From positions 420,001 to 452,000 of the forward strand of contig NC_013966.1 in NCBI RefSeq assembly GCF_000025685.1: 32,000 nt of DNA. Reading direction: 5' to 3'. The DNA is from Haloferax volcanii DS2. Lineage in GTDB: Archaea > Halobacteriota > Halobacteria > Halobacteriales > Haloferacaceae. The position numbers and the translations under genes were made by a program. The notes below the pieces were generated by a model that worked only from the letters and a program-made list of their open reading frames with translations, had not been told where the DNA came from and made no database searches. Of the stretch, positions 18,155 to 25,964 are shown piece by piece (the stretch's first letter is position 1; every line of letters starts with the position of its first letter).

Positions 18155-18697
18155 ATGAGACCGGATGACGAGTCGGCACAGTCTGAGATCGATGACTTGT
18201 TAAAACCATATCTGCGCAACGCTGACAAACAATTAGTCGTTGACACAGGCCCTGTCAATACACGGCGTGCGGTCGTTTCGAATACATATGGTTCCCTTTT
18301 GGGGCTAGTAGGCTACGTCCCCATCGATATCTCACTCAAACCCGAAGGTGCAACCCTAGAGCCCGGTGAACCACTTGATTTCACCGTCACGATTACAAAT
18401 AGGTCTACAATCGATATTCCCCTTTCACTCACGTGCTCAACACTCTGGGGATGGTACCTTGATGGACACCCTGAAGCGACGACCTCTGACCACTATAATA
18501 GCCCACCCCGCCGAGTTAAAGTTCGTGGCTCACAATCATATACATTCGAACGTCGGTGGTCTGGCTATATTCACGATGGGGGAGACATTCGTCCACCCGA
18601 TTCCGGTGAACACACGTTCGAAGCACGAATTCACACTGAGGACCGATCAGACCAGGGGCTATTTGACACAATTGAACTACAGATCCTTGACGCCTGA
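18155..18697 (+). CDS. Hypothetical protein (possible beta-sandwich fold)
   Basis: ORF 18089..18697. The Met at 18155 has TATA spacing that fits a leaderless start. I recognised no motif. 'EPGEPLDFTVTITNRSTIDIPLSL' resembles Ig-like/beta-sandwich strands. Confidence 0.5.
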   Translation: MRPDDESAQSEIDDLLKPYLRNADKQLVVDTGPVNTRRAVVSNTYGSLLGLVGYVPIDISLKPEGATLEPGEPLDFTVTITNRSTIDIPLSLTCSTLWGWYLDGHPEATTSDHYNSPPRRVKVRGSQSYTFERRWSGYIHDGGDIRPPDSGEHTFEARIHTEDRSDQGLFDTIELQILDA

Positions 18698-18768
18698 TTC
18701 GTCCAGTGGGCAATCTACCAAGCTGTACAATCAGAATCCAGGGGCATCCGCTACCCATGTTTGATATG

Positions 18769-20210
18769 CATGCGTTCTAGTTTAGCAGAGAATGCGGTCG
18801 CTGTTTGTTGATTAGATATCGTCGCAACTACCCGGTTGAGGAACCCGGTGGATGATGTGTACTCACCACCGGACTCGGTAGTTGTTGATCGGATTCAAAG
18901 AGCGTTTCCCTCCGATGAGTTGCGCGAGCGCGCTCGCGCAACGAATCTCGTCCAACGAGAGCGGAAGTTCGACATCGTTGCACTGTTCTACACACTCACG
19001 TTTGGCTTCGCTGCTAGCTCAGACCGCTCTTTGCAGGCGTTTCTCGACCGCTACGTCGAGATGGCTGACTGCGATGAGCTCTCCTACGCGGCGTTTCACG
19101 ACTGGTTCGAACCGGGGTTCGTTGCATTCCTCCGAGAGATTCTCGATGACGCCATCGAGAATCTCGATACCGGACGAACCGACTTGAACGGACGTCTCGA
19201 ACGATTTCGAGACGTCCTCATTGCCGACGCGACCATCGTTTCGCTGTACCAGGACGCCGCTGATGTCTACGCAGCAACTGGCAAGGATCAAGCTGAACTG
19301 AAGCTCCACCTCACAGAGTCACTCTCGACGGGCCTTCCAACGCGATTCCGCACAACCGACGGAACAACTCACGAACGGAGTCAGCTACCCACCGGTGAGT
19401 GGGTAGCTGACGCCCTCATCTTGCTTGATTTAGGCTTCTACGACTTCTGGTTGTTCGACCGAATCGACCAGAACGGCGGGTGGTTCGTCTCCCGGGTGAA
19501 GGACAACGCGAACTTCGAGATCGTCGAAGAACTGCGAACGTGGCGAGGCAACAGCATTCCGCTGGAAGGAGAGTCGCTGCAGGCCGTCCTTGAGGACCTG
19601 CAGCGACAGGAAATCGACGTCCGCATCACGCTTTCATTCGAGCGCAAACGAGGGTCGGGCGCCAGCGCGACCCGGACGTTCCGACTGGTCGGCCTGCGCA
19701 ACGAGGAGACCGACGAGTACCATCTGTATCTGACGAATCTGGCGAGAGAGGACTACAGCGCGCCCGATATCGCGCAGCTCTATCGGGCGCGCTGGGAGGT
19801 CGAACTGCTGTTCAAGGAGCTGAAGTCGCGGTTCGGCTTGGACGAGATCAAGACGACCGACGGCTACATCATCGAGGCGCTGATCATCATGGCCGCAATT
19901 TCGTTGATGATGAGTCGTGTAATCGTGGATGAGTTACGGTCGCTCGAGGCAAGACAGCGAGAGGGCGAAGCCGCCGCAGACGCCGACTCGTCGGCGTCGC
20001 GGCTCCCTCGGCGTCGCTGTTCGCTCGCCGTGGAACGCCACGGTCATCTAATCCAGTTGTATCTCATGATCGAGTTGGGCTACGAACTGCCGGATTTGGA
20101 CGAGCTGTTGCTGTGGGCGTCACGAAATCCAAATCCACACAGAGATCGGTTACGTGAGCAGGTTGAACGAGGTGAGTTCGGCTTTGATCGCTACTAAACT
20201 AGAACGCATG
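18769..20210 (+). mobile_element. IS4-family insertion sequence, about 1442 bp
   Basis: Terminal IR CATGCGTTCTAGTTTAG(C/T)AG at 18769-18788 and 20191-20210 (19 of 20 positions match). It carries a single 453-aa DDE transposase. The outermost CATG is palindromic, so the exact ends and the TSD cannot be resolved. Confidence 0.85.
18836..20197 (+). CDS. IS4 family DDE transposase
   Basis: 'YRARWEVELLFKELK' fits the IS4 Y-(2)-R-(3)-E-(6)-K signature exactly. Candidate DDE aspartates are in 'LIADATIV' and 'LLDLGFYD'. The start codon is uncertain (TTG 18836 or GTG 18848). Confidence 0.85.
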   Translation: MRNPVDDVYSPPDSVVVDRIQRAFPSDELRERARATNLVQRERKFDIVALFYTLTFGFAASSDRSLQAFLDRYVEMADCDELSYAAFHDWFEPGFVAFLREILDDAIENLDTGRTDLNGRLERFRDVLIADATIVSLYQDAADVYAATGKDQAELKLHLTESLSTGLPTRFRTTDGTTHERSQLPTGEWVADALILLDLGFYDFWLFDRIDQNGGWFVSRVKDNANFEIVEELRTWRGNSIPLEGESLQAVLEDLQRQEIDVRITLSFERKRGSGASATRTFRLVGLRNEETDEYHLYLTNLAREDYSAPDIAQLYRARWEVELLFKELKSRFGLDEIKTTDGYIIEALIIMAAISLMMSRVIVDELRSLEARQREGEAAADADSSASRLPRRRCSLAVERHGHLIQLYLMIELGYELPDLDELLLWASRNPNPHRDRLREQVERGEFGFDRY

Positions 20211-20279
20211 GTGACGGATGGTATGATGCGTTGTGGACAAGAGGGTAAGCTTTACTCTGTTAAATTGGTTAGTTCAGAT

Positions 20280-21428
20280 ATGGGACTGTTCGACTCTGGG
20301 GATGTTAATCCAGAAGCACAGCGCTTGGCAGATAGTGCGCGGGGAAAGAGCGTCACCGCGAAAATTCTCACGAAGACCACAGGCGGGGTAGGTAGTTTTT
20401 CAGTTCAGAGTATTCTTGCTGACAGTCCATTCCTCAATATACTGAACGAGAACGAACAGCCCCACTACTACTTTGCCAATAACTCAAAAGGTCAGATTCG
20501 TGACGGAGATGCAGTTGGAGCTGGCCACCAGCAAGATTTCATGAGCACATTTTTCGTAACTGACCAACGAATCATCCTCACAGCTGCTGGGAATCGTGGG
20601 AATGCGCTAGTATATGGCTCAATTACTGACGTCCAGACCAAAAATGGACTGACGAAAAACCGGCTATCAGTCTTCACAAGCAATCACGAATATAGAATGT
20701 ATATTCCGAATTCAGCCACTCAATCCGAGATTGAAACAGCTGCAGACTACATCCGAACCCAAGCAAAGGATGCACCTACTGTCAACTCCGATCTCGATAC
20801 TGTCCATTCACTTCGCCCGATTTGGGACGACACGATGCGAACCGGTGCCGGCAATACAGATCCACTTGATGCAACGCCACAAGGAGCTTATGTAAATCAA
20901 GAGCGCGTAGATAAAATCCGAGACATACTTGATCCAGATGAGCGTGTCCACTACCTCACTCGTGGTCAAACAGTTGATGTTGAGGGTTCTGGTGCGGGGA
21001 GTTCTTGGTGGGGCAATGACCGAAGTCGAAAGCAGGGAACACGCGGCTACGTACGAGCCGCCGCAACGAACAAACGCGTCGTCGTAAAGATTCCTCAGTT
21101 TACCGGTACCGACGAACGGTCAGTACCCTACCAAAGCATAACAAGTGTTGATCTTGATGCTGGCTTAGGTGGGAAACGGATCACACTCCAGACTCCTGGC
21201 CAGACGTATCACATCCAAGCAAATTTCCCTGGGAAGCCAGAAGTTCGTGAGATGACGCGGTTCATCCGCGAGCAGATCACAGGTGATACCACGACGGTCA
21301 CCTCAACAGCATCAACAGAGACTGACCCACTTGAGCAACTGGAAAAGCTTGGTGAACTCCGCGATAACGGAGTTCTCTCAGAAGAGGAATTCGAAGAGAA
21401 GAAAGCAGATCTGCTTGATGAGATCTAG
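20280..21428 (+). CDS. Tandem bacterial-PH-like domain protein with C-terminal SHOCT domain
   Basis: The C-terminal 'LEQLEKLGELRDNGVLSEEEFEEKKADLL' is a SHOCT motif. Two internal repeats, 'HYYFAN...FFVTDQRIIL...ITDVQT' and 'VHYLTRG...AATNKRVVVK...ITSVDL', look like bPH/YokE-type modules. Alternative starts are at 20208 (ATG formed by the IS terminus) and 20223. Confidence 0.65.
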   Translation: MGLFDSGDVNPEAQRLADSARGKSVTAKILTKTTGGVGSFSVQSILADSPFLNILNENEQPHYYFANNSKGQIRDGDAVGAGHQQDFMSTFFVTDQRIILTAAGNRGNALVYGSITDVQTKNGLTKNRLSVFTSNHEYRMYIPNSATQSEIETAADYIRTQAKDAPTVNSDLDTVHSLRPIWDDTMRTGAGNTDPLDATPQGAYVNQERVDKIRDILDPDERVHYLTRGQTVDVEGSGAGSSWWGNDRSRKQGTRGYVRAAATNKRVVVKIPQFTGTDERSVPYQSITSVDLDAGLGGKRITLQTPGQTYHIQANFPGKPEVREMTRFIREQITGDTTTVTSTASTETDPLEQLEKLGELRDNGVLSEEEFEEKKADLLDEI

Positions 21429-21502
21429 TTTCGCTAACTCAGGAGAAAGATGAGGTCCCGGTGAATGCGCCTGCCTACTCTTCGTATTCTCCCGATATCA
21501 AG

Positions 21503-21508
21503 TTAATA
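21503..21508 (+). promoter_or_regulatory. TATA-like box plus orphan start codon at 21534
   Basis: 'TTAATA' is centred about 28 nt upstream of ATG 21534. That reading frame is cut by IS copy C after 10 nt. Confidence 0.35.
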
Positions 21509-21543
21509 GGCGCAAAAAGGGGGGACAGTAAGAATGACAGACT

Positions 21544-22941
21544 CAGTACCTCACAAAGCCGTTTAGTTAGAAGGTCTGCTTGCTGAAGATGTGTCCAACA
21601 ACCAGCAAACAGACGATGAAATCCACGAGGACCAGCTCCTTAACTTCCTCGTCAACTCTCTTGACGAGGAAGTTGCTCTCTCACTCGCTGAAAACGCTGA
21701 ACTCGATGCTGAAGACATCTACGAGGTCCTCGTCGGCGCCTGCGCCGACGGGACCTCGGTCTCTACACTCTGCAAGAGAAGCGAAGATGCACCTCACGAA
21801 AACTCGGTTCTCTACCATCTCCGCACCAAGTTCGACCTCGAGACGCTCGAACAAATCGGGAACACGCTCCTCCAGAAAGACGTTCTCGACGTCCTTCCCC
21901 AGCAGGTGGAGGTCTGCGCAGACCTCCACCTGCGGCCCTACTACGGCGACGAAGACGATACAGACGGCCTGTATCACTCACAAGCGAAGCGTGGAACCAC
22001 CGCGTTTCACGCGTACGCGACACTGTACGCACGCGTGAAGAACAAACGCTACACGCTGGCGGTGCGCCGTCTCGAAGACGGCGACACCGCCAGCAGTGTC
22101 CTCGCAGAGTTCCTCGGTATTCTCGACGGCCTTGACCTCGGTGTCAAGGCCGTCTATCTTGACCGCGAATTCTACGACAGCAAGTGTTTGACGCTGCTTC
22201 AGGCGCACAACCACGCCTACGTCATGCCGATCGTCCGCTGGGGACGGACGATCAAGCGAGAACTCTCAGAAGGGTGGAGTCGCGTGATTCAGCACAGTCT
22301 GACAGCGAAACTCGACGGTCACAGCTGGACCGTCGAGTTTCCCGTCTACATCGACTGTACCTACCAGAACGGACGGTACGACGAACATGGCGTGGCGCGT
22401 CACGGCTACGCCGCTGACGCGCCGTTCATCGACTCACCACGGGACGCTCGATACCACTACGCGAAACGCTTCGGTATCGAGGCAAGCTATCGACTCTCCG
22501 AGCAAAGTATCGCGACGACCTCGACACAAAATCCGGTCGTACGGCTGTTGTACGTCGTGGTGAGCCTGCTGTTACAGAACGTCTGGCGGTATTTGCACTG
22601 GGAGTACGTGGCGACGCCCCGCCGTGGGGGGCGTCGCCTCTGGGAGTGGTCGTTCAAGGAGTTCATCAATATGGTCCGTCGAGCAGCGTGGACGGCCCTC
22701 GCGGTGCGTCGGGCCGTCCCCGCGAACCGACCACCAGACGACCGGTTCCACCGGTAACTCCCGACCGGGCTAGCCAACAGTGGGAGTGGCGACGCTGTCG
22801 CGTCGGCGGCAGCCGCCGCCGACAGCGACGGCTCTCCGCCGATCCGTCCATGATTCTGTCGTCGAGACCGCCAATGCAACCGCTCGGCCACAGAATTCAG
22901 GCTTCAGAGACAGCTAGGCGAGGATGCTTTGTGAGGTACTG
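21544..22941 (+). mobile_element. IS copy C, 1398 bp, near-identical to copy A
   Basis: It has the same perfect 16-bp IRs (21544-21559 and 22926-22941). The flanks are AGACT (21539-21543) and AGAAC (22942-22946), which are not identical. Every overlapping ORF product equals its copy A counterpart except at one nucleotide site. Confidence 0.9.
21591..22757 (+). CDS. DDE transposase (ISH3/ISH27-like)
   Basis: 388-aa ORF with one amino-acid difference from 4451..5617. Confidence 0.9.
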   Translation: MSNNQQTDDEIHEDQLLNFLVNSLDEEVALSLAENAELDAEDIYEVLVGACADGTSVSTLCKRSEDAPHENSVLYHLRTKFDLETLEQIGNTLLQKDVLDVLPQQVEVCADLHLRPYYGDEDDTDGLYHSQAKRGTTAFHAYATLYARVKNKRYTLAVRRLEDGDTASSVLAEFLGILDGLDLGVKAVYLDREFYDSKCLTLLQAHNHAYVMPIVRWGRTIKRELSEGWSRVIQHSLTAKLDGHSWTVEFPVYIDCTYQNGRYDEHGVARHGYAADAPFIDSPRDARYHYAKRFGIEASYRLSEQSIATTSTQNPVVRLLYVVVSLLLQNVWRYLHWEYVATPRRGGRRLWEWSFKEFINMVRRAAWTALAVRRAVPANRPPDDRFHR

Positions 22942-22993
22942 AGAACAGTTTGAGACAATCGCCATTGAGGTCAGTGAACACCTCGTAGAGACT

Positions 22994-23446
22994 ATGCAAG
23001 ACAGAGGCGTTGATGATGCCCGTCTTGCAGACATGTTTTCACTTCGAGAACATTTCGGACGTAACCGGTTTCAGTCAGCGTTTGCACTTGGGACACAGGC
23101 ACAGCTCGCAGGGTCGATGCACGGTCTTAGACAGTTTCTTGATGACCTTGCATTTGTTACTACCGAAGATGCGACCGTTATACTTCATGGATATGCTCCT
23201 GAATTGGAAGTTACAAAGGACATTTTCGCCTACCGGGAGGATCCCACACCGGGGTTAGCATATCGGATTTTTCACTGTGAGTACGACGGTGAAATCGGGA
23301 GAACATTGCTCTTCCAGCTATTCAGCATAGACCGTCTTAGAGAGGCGACGGTAGGAACGTCGTGGGAAGTTTCCGAAGCCAGTTACGGCCATCCCGAGTC
23401 GGAGGGTGAATCAAATACCTGGTTGGCTGTACTCACGAAGGCTTAG
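22994..23446 (+). CDS. Hypothetical protein, probably 5'-truncated by IS copy C
   Basis: 150-aa ORF from ATG 22994. The same frame stays open upstream to 22943, directly at the IS boundary (EQFETIAIEVSEHLVET-M...). I saw no TATA element between the IS and the ATG. Confidence 0.5.
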   Translation: MQDRGVDDARLADMFSLREHFGRNRFQSAFALGTQAQLAGSMHGLRQFLDDLAFVTTEDATVILHGYAPELEVTKDIFAYREDPTPGLAYRIFHCEYDGEIGRTLLFQLFSIDRLREATVGTSWEVSEASYGHPESEGESNTWLAVLTKA

Positions 23447-23574
23447 TCCTATCACTGAGAACCAGCAATCCCCCGATTATTCCGTATATGCTGACTTCAG
23501 CCTCTGTGTGTGTCACGCACTTCCAGTCATAGTCTAGAAGTTTCAACAGAGTCTCACTTTCTACACCCTCGTGG

Positions 23575-24387
23575 TCAAATCGTCGTTGAGCGACGTTCTA
23601 CACGCCCATCGGTTACCGCGACGGTGTCTTTCTCTTCCAAACGTCGCACAATCTCCTGTACGTCCGCTGCTGGCCAGTCGAGCTCCTGTTGCAGGTCAGC
23701 CACCGATTTCGGTTCGTCAAGCGCGTGTAGCACTTCGAGCTCTTCGTAGACGCGTTCGGTGATCTCCGCCACGGGGCCGTGCAACGGCGTCGTCACGTTG
23801 TGTTGTTCGGTGAGGTCAGTCAACGCTTCGTTGACATACGTCACGAACAGTTCTTGCTCCAGGAGTTCGACCTGCGTCTCGAGTTCTGCTTCGACGACGT
23901 CGAACTCGAGGCCGGTCTGCATCAACGAGAACATATCCTCGATGTCGTCCACCCGACCGGCGACCGCTTTGAACAGGAAGATATCTTCTGGACTCACGAG
24001 CTCGACCACGAGATTCCCCGGGTCGAGATACCGTTCGCTCCGCTCACGGATGCCTGAAGACAGAATCAGCTTGCCGATCACCTGCTGGTTGAAAACGTCG
24101 ATACGACACCCGTCATCGTTCTCGAAGATGCGCTGGGCACCGAGTTCTTCGTACTCTTCGTCCGGTTCCCGGACGATATCGTATCCTAACTCAAGGAGCA
24201 CCGCTTGTAGCTGACTCAGATCGTCGCCGGAGGAGACGATGAGGTCGATATCTTTGGTCGTCTCTTTGAGTCCGCGAAACGCCATCGACCCACCGCCAAT
24301 CAAGAAGACGGTGAGTGGGTTATCCAGCTGCTGGCCGATGCGCTCGAGCTCCGACCGGATGTATGAACTATCAAACCTCGCCCTCAT
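23575..24387 (-). CDS. Minimal nucleotidyltransferase (AbiEii-like) with C-terminal wHTH
   Basis: 270 aa. 'VFLIGGGSMAFRGLKETTKDIDLIV' carries GS-x11-DID, similar to the GG(T/S)...R.T.D.D start of AbiEii/DUF1814-type NTases. The C-terminal 'SVADLQQELDWPAADVQEIVRRLEEKDTVAV' is wHTH-like. Its start overlaps the upstream gene's stop by 4 nt (ATGA). Confidence 0.65.
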   Translation of the reverse strand: MRARFDSSYIRSELERIGQQLDNPLTVFLIGGGSMAFRGLKETTKDIDLIVSSGDDLSQLQAVLLELGYDIVREPDEEYEELGAQRIFENDDGCRIDVFNQQVIGKLILSSGIRERSERYLDPGNLVVELVSPEDIFLFKAVAGRVDDIEDMFSLMQTGLEFDVVEAELETQVELLEQELFVTYVNEALTDLTEQHNVTTPLHGPVAEITERVYEELEVLHALDEPKSVADLQQELDWPAADVQEIVRRLEEKDTVAVTDGRVERRSTTI

Positions 24388-25307
24388 AGCGTCACCTCGT
24401 ACTCTTCAGCCAGTTCCTGGAAGTCCTCCCACTCGGGAAGTCGGGACGTCCGCTGGGCACCGCTGGTGTCGAGATACGTGTAGAGGTTGTCGACGACGTC
24501 GTCGACGCCGTACTTGGTGGCTTGGGCTCGGAGTTCGTCGCGGTCGATGTCGACGTGACTGAGCAGAAGCAGACAGTATGACTGCGTTCGTGCGCCCGAA
24601 TCGACCACGAGCATGTGACAGCACAAGATCTCCGGCGAGAGCTCGCTCGTCGCCTCCGAATAGAGGTAGTACCGGCGGTCACGTGCCAACAACGGGAGGC
24701 CGTACCGCTGGAACTGGTCTGGGCCTGTCGGGATGAAGTGTTCGTCAGCGATTTCTATCGTCGTCTGCACAAGGAACTCGCCCAGAGACTCCCACAGAAT
24801 CGTGTAGGTGTCGGTCTGTTCTTCGACAGTCTGACGGTGGACGTGATGGGCAAGCTCACGAGCGAATACGCTCAGCTGTTCGAAGCCGTCATTCAGTGCG
24901 TACGCGCCGTCATCAGTTTGGTAGACGATTCCGCGATGTTGAAGCGGGGCAAGCGCACGGTGGACGGTACTTCGGTGGACGTCGGCGCGGCGTGCGAGTT
25001 CGGTCGCGGTCCGTGGGGTGTCGAGGTAGTAGCACACACGGAGGGCTGCCCCTGACAACAGCTCCGGCCAGTCGATGTGTGAATACTGTTGCGTGAGGTC
25101 CGTGAGTAACTCGAGGGCCTTTGCGTCCGACAGTCGAATCCGCTTTGTTTTCCCCTGTCGACGTGTCTCGACGAGGCCAGCCGTTTCGAGGCGTTCGACG
25201 AGTTCTGAGGTGTAGCTGAGACTCCGATCAAGACTTGTTGCGAGTGCAGAGACCGTCTGCTCACCGTGGAGGGCTGTAAGGGCGCGAACCTCGCCTTCTG
25301 TGAGCAT
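24384..25307 (-). CDS. Double winged-helix DNA-binding protein (AbiEi-like putative antitoxin/regulator)
   Basis: The Met at 25307 gives 307 aa. The first wHTH is 'VSALATSLDRSLSYTSELVERLETAGLVETRRQGKTKRI'. The second is 'RTATELARRADVHRSTVHRALAPLQHRGIVYQ'. An uncharacterised C-terminal domain of about 150 aa follows. Confidence 0.6.
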   Translation of the reverse strand: MLTEGEVRALTALHGEQTVSALATSLDRSLSYTSELVERLETAGLVETRRQGKTKRIRLSDAKALELLTDLTQQYSHIDWPELLSGAALRVCYYLDTPRTATELARRADVHRSTVHRALAPLQHRGIVYQTDDGAYALNDGFEQLSVFARELAHHVHRQTVEEQTDTYTILWESLGEFLVQTTIEIADEHFIPTGPDQFQRYGLPLLARDRRYYLYSEATSELSPEILCCHMLVVDSGARTQSYCLLLLSHVDIDRDELRAQATKYGVDDVVDNLYTYLDTSGAQRTSRLPEWEDFQELAEEYEVTL

Positions 25308-25330
25308 ACTGTTGCATACTTGCGAACCAA

Positions 25331-25338
25331 TATATAAA
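25331..25338 (-). promoter_or_regulatory. TATA box for the wHTH-NTase operon
   Basis: The minus strand reads 'TTTATATA', ending 24 nt upstream of ATG 25307 (leaderless spacing). Confidence 0.4.
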
Positions 25339-25574
25339 TCACTTCGGTATTTTGCAACACAGACCTGGCTCTGTCGAGGACGTGGGCACAACAGATGAAA
25401 GCCCTCGGCCGCTCGGCATCCCGCGACCACCGCTGCGCTCCTCGTGCCTGCGAGATCTCGGCGAGCATTTTGTTCGTGACGCCATGCCGCAGTAACCGTT
25501 GACCAGTCCGTTCAAACGCTGTTTTCCCATCGATGTGCAAGCTATGTGCATACACCGGAACCGTTATCCGACTG

Positions 25575-25591
25575 TGTGCAGAACTTGCACA
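25575..25591 (+). promoter_or_regulatory. Palindromic operator candidate TGTGCA-N5-TGCACA
   Basis: A perfect 6-bp inverted repeat ends 5 nt upstream of the RHH start at 25596. Two further direct copies of ATGTGCA lie at 25533-25539 and 25544-25550. Confidence 0.35.
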
Positions 25592-25595
25592 TAGA

Positions 25596-25964
25596 ATGAG
25601 CGCGAGTGACAAGCCCCGACGGGTCCACTTCCAGTCCCCGGAGTACCTCGTCGAGCGTCTCGACGCGATCGCGGACCTCTTCGACAAAGACCGGACCGAT
25701 GTCCTCGTCGAAGCGATCCGCGAGTACATCGAAGAGACCGCCGACAGCGAGACGTTCCAGGAACTGGTGGCGACGAAATACTACGACGGTCAACTCGAAT
25801 TCGAGACGGTCAAGCAGCTGGTCGGCGCCGAGACTGCCCAACGGCTCCGCCTCCTCAAAGCGGATCTCGAGGCCGAGCCACTCGATCTCGCTGCGCCCAC
25901 TGACGTCAACATCTACGGCGGCGACGCGACGACGGTCGATACCGCGGACGGCGACGAGCGATGA
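25596..25964 (+). CDS. Ribbon-helix-helix (CopG-like) antitoxin candidate
   Basis: The Met at 25596 gives 122 aa. 'RRVHFQSPEYLVERLDAIADLFDKDRTDVLVEAIREYI' has an RHH beta-alpha-alpha layout, followed by an acidic tail. There is a 4-nt ATGA overlap with the next gene. Confidence 0.6.
   Translation: MSASDKPRRVHFQSPEYLVERLDAIADLFDKDRTDVLVEAIREYIEETADSETFQELVATKYYDGQLEFETVKQLVGAETAQRLRLLKADLEAEPLDLAAPTDVNIYGGDATTVDTADGDER

Noticed and set aside
4267-22941. A composite transposon formed by IS copies A+C or B+C moving the enclosed DNA as one unit
   Set aside because: The outer flanking pentamers do not match (AATCT versus AGAAC for A+C, ACGTT versus AGAAC for B+C). Copy A also has its own intact TSD inside a single gene. 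There is therefore no direct evidence for a single composite transposition event. IS-mediated recombination remains possible.
24893-25729. 278-aa minus-strand ORF. Its intergenic part ('GQRLLRHGVTNKMLAEISQARG') faintly resembles a tyrosine-recombinase 'LRH' box.
   Set aside because: The ORF is antisense to both the RHH gene and the wHTH gene and is very basic. The downstream GH...Y recombinase motif is absent. The similarity is too weak to call an integrase remnant.
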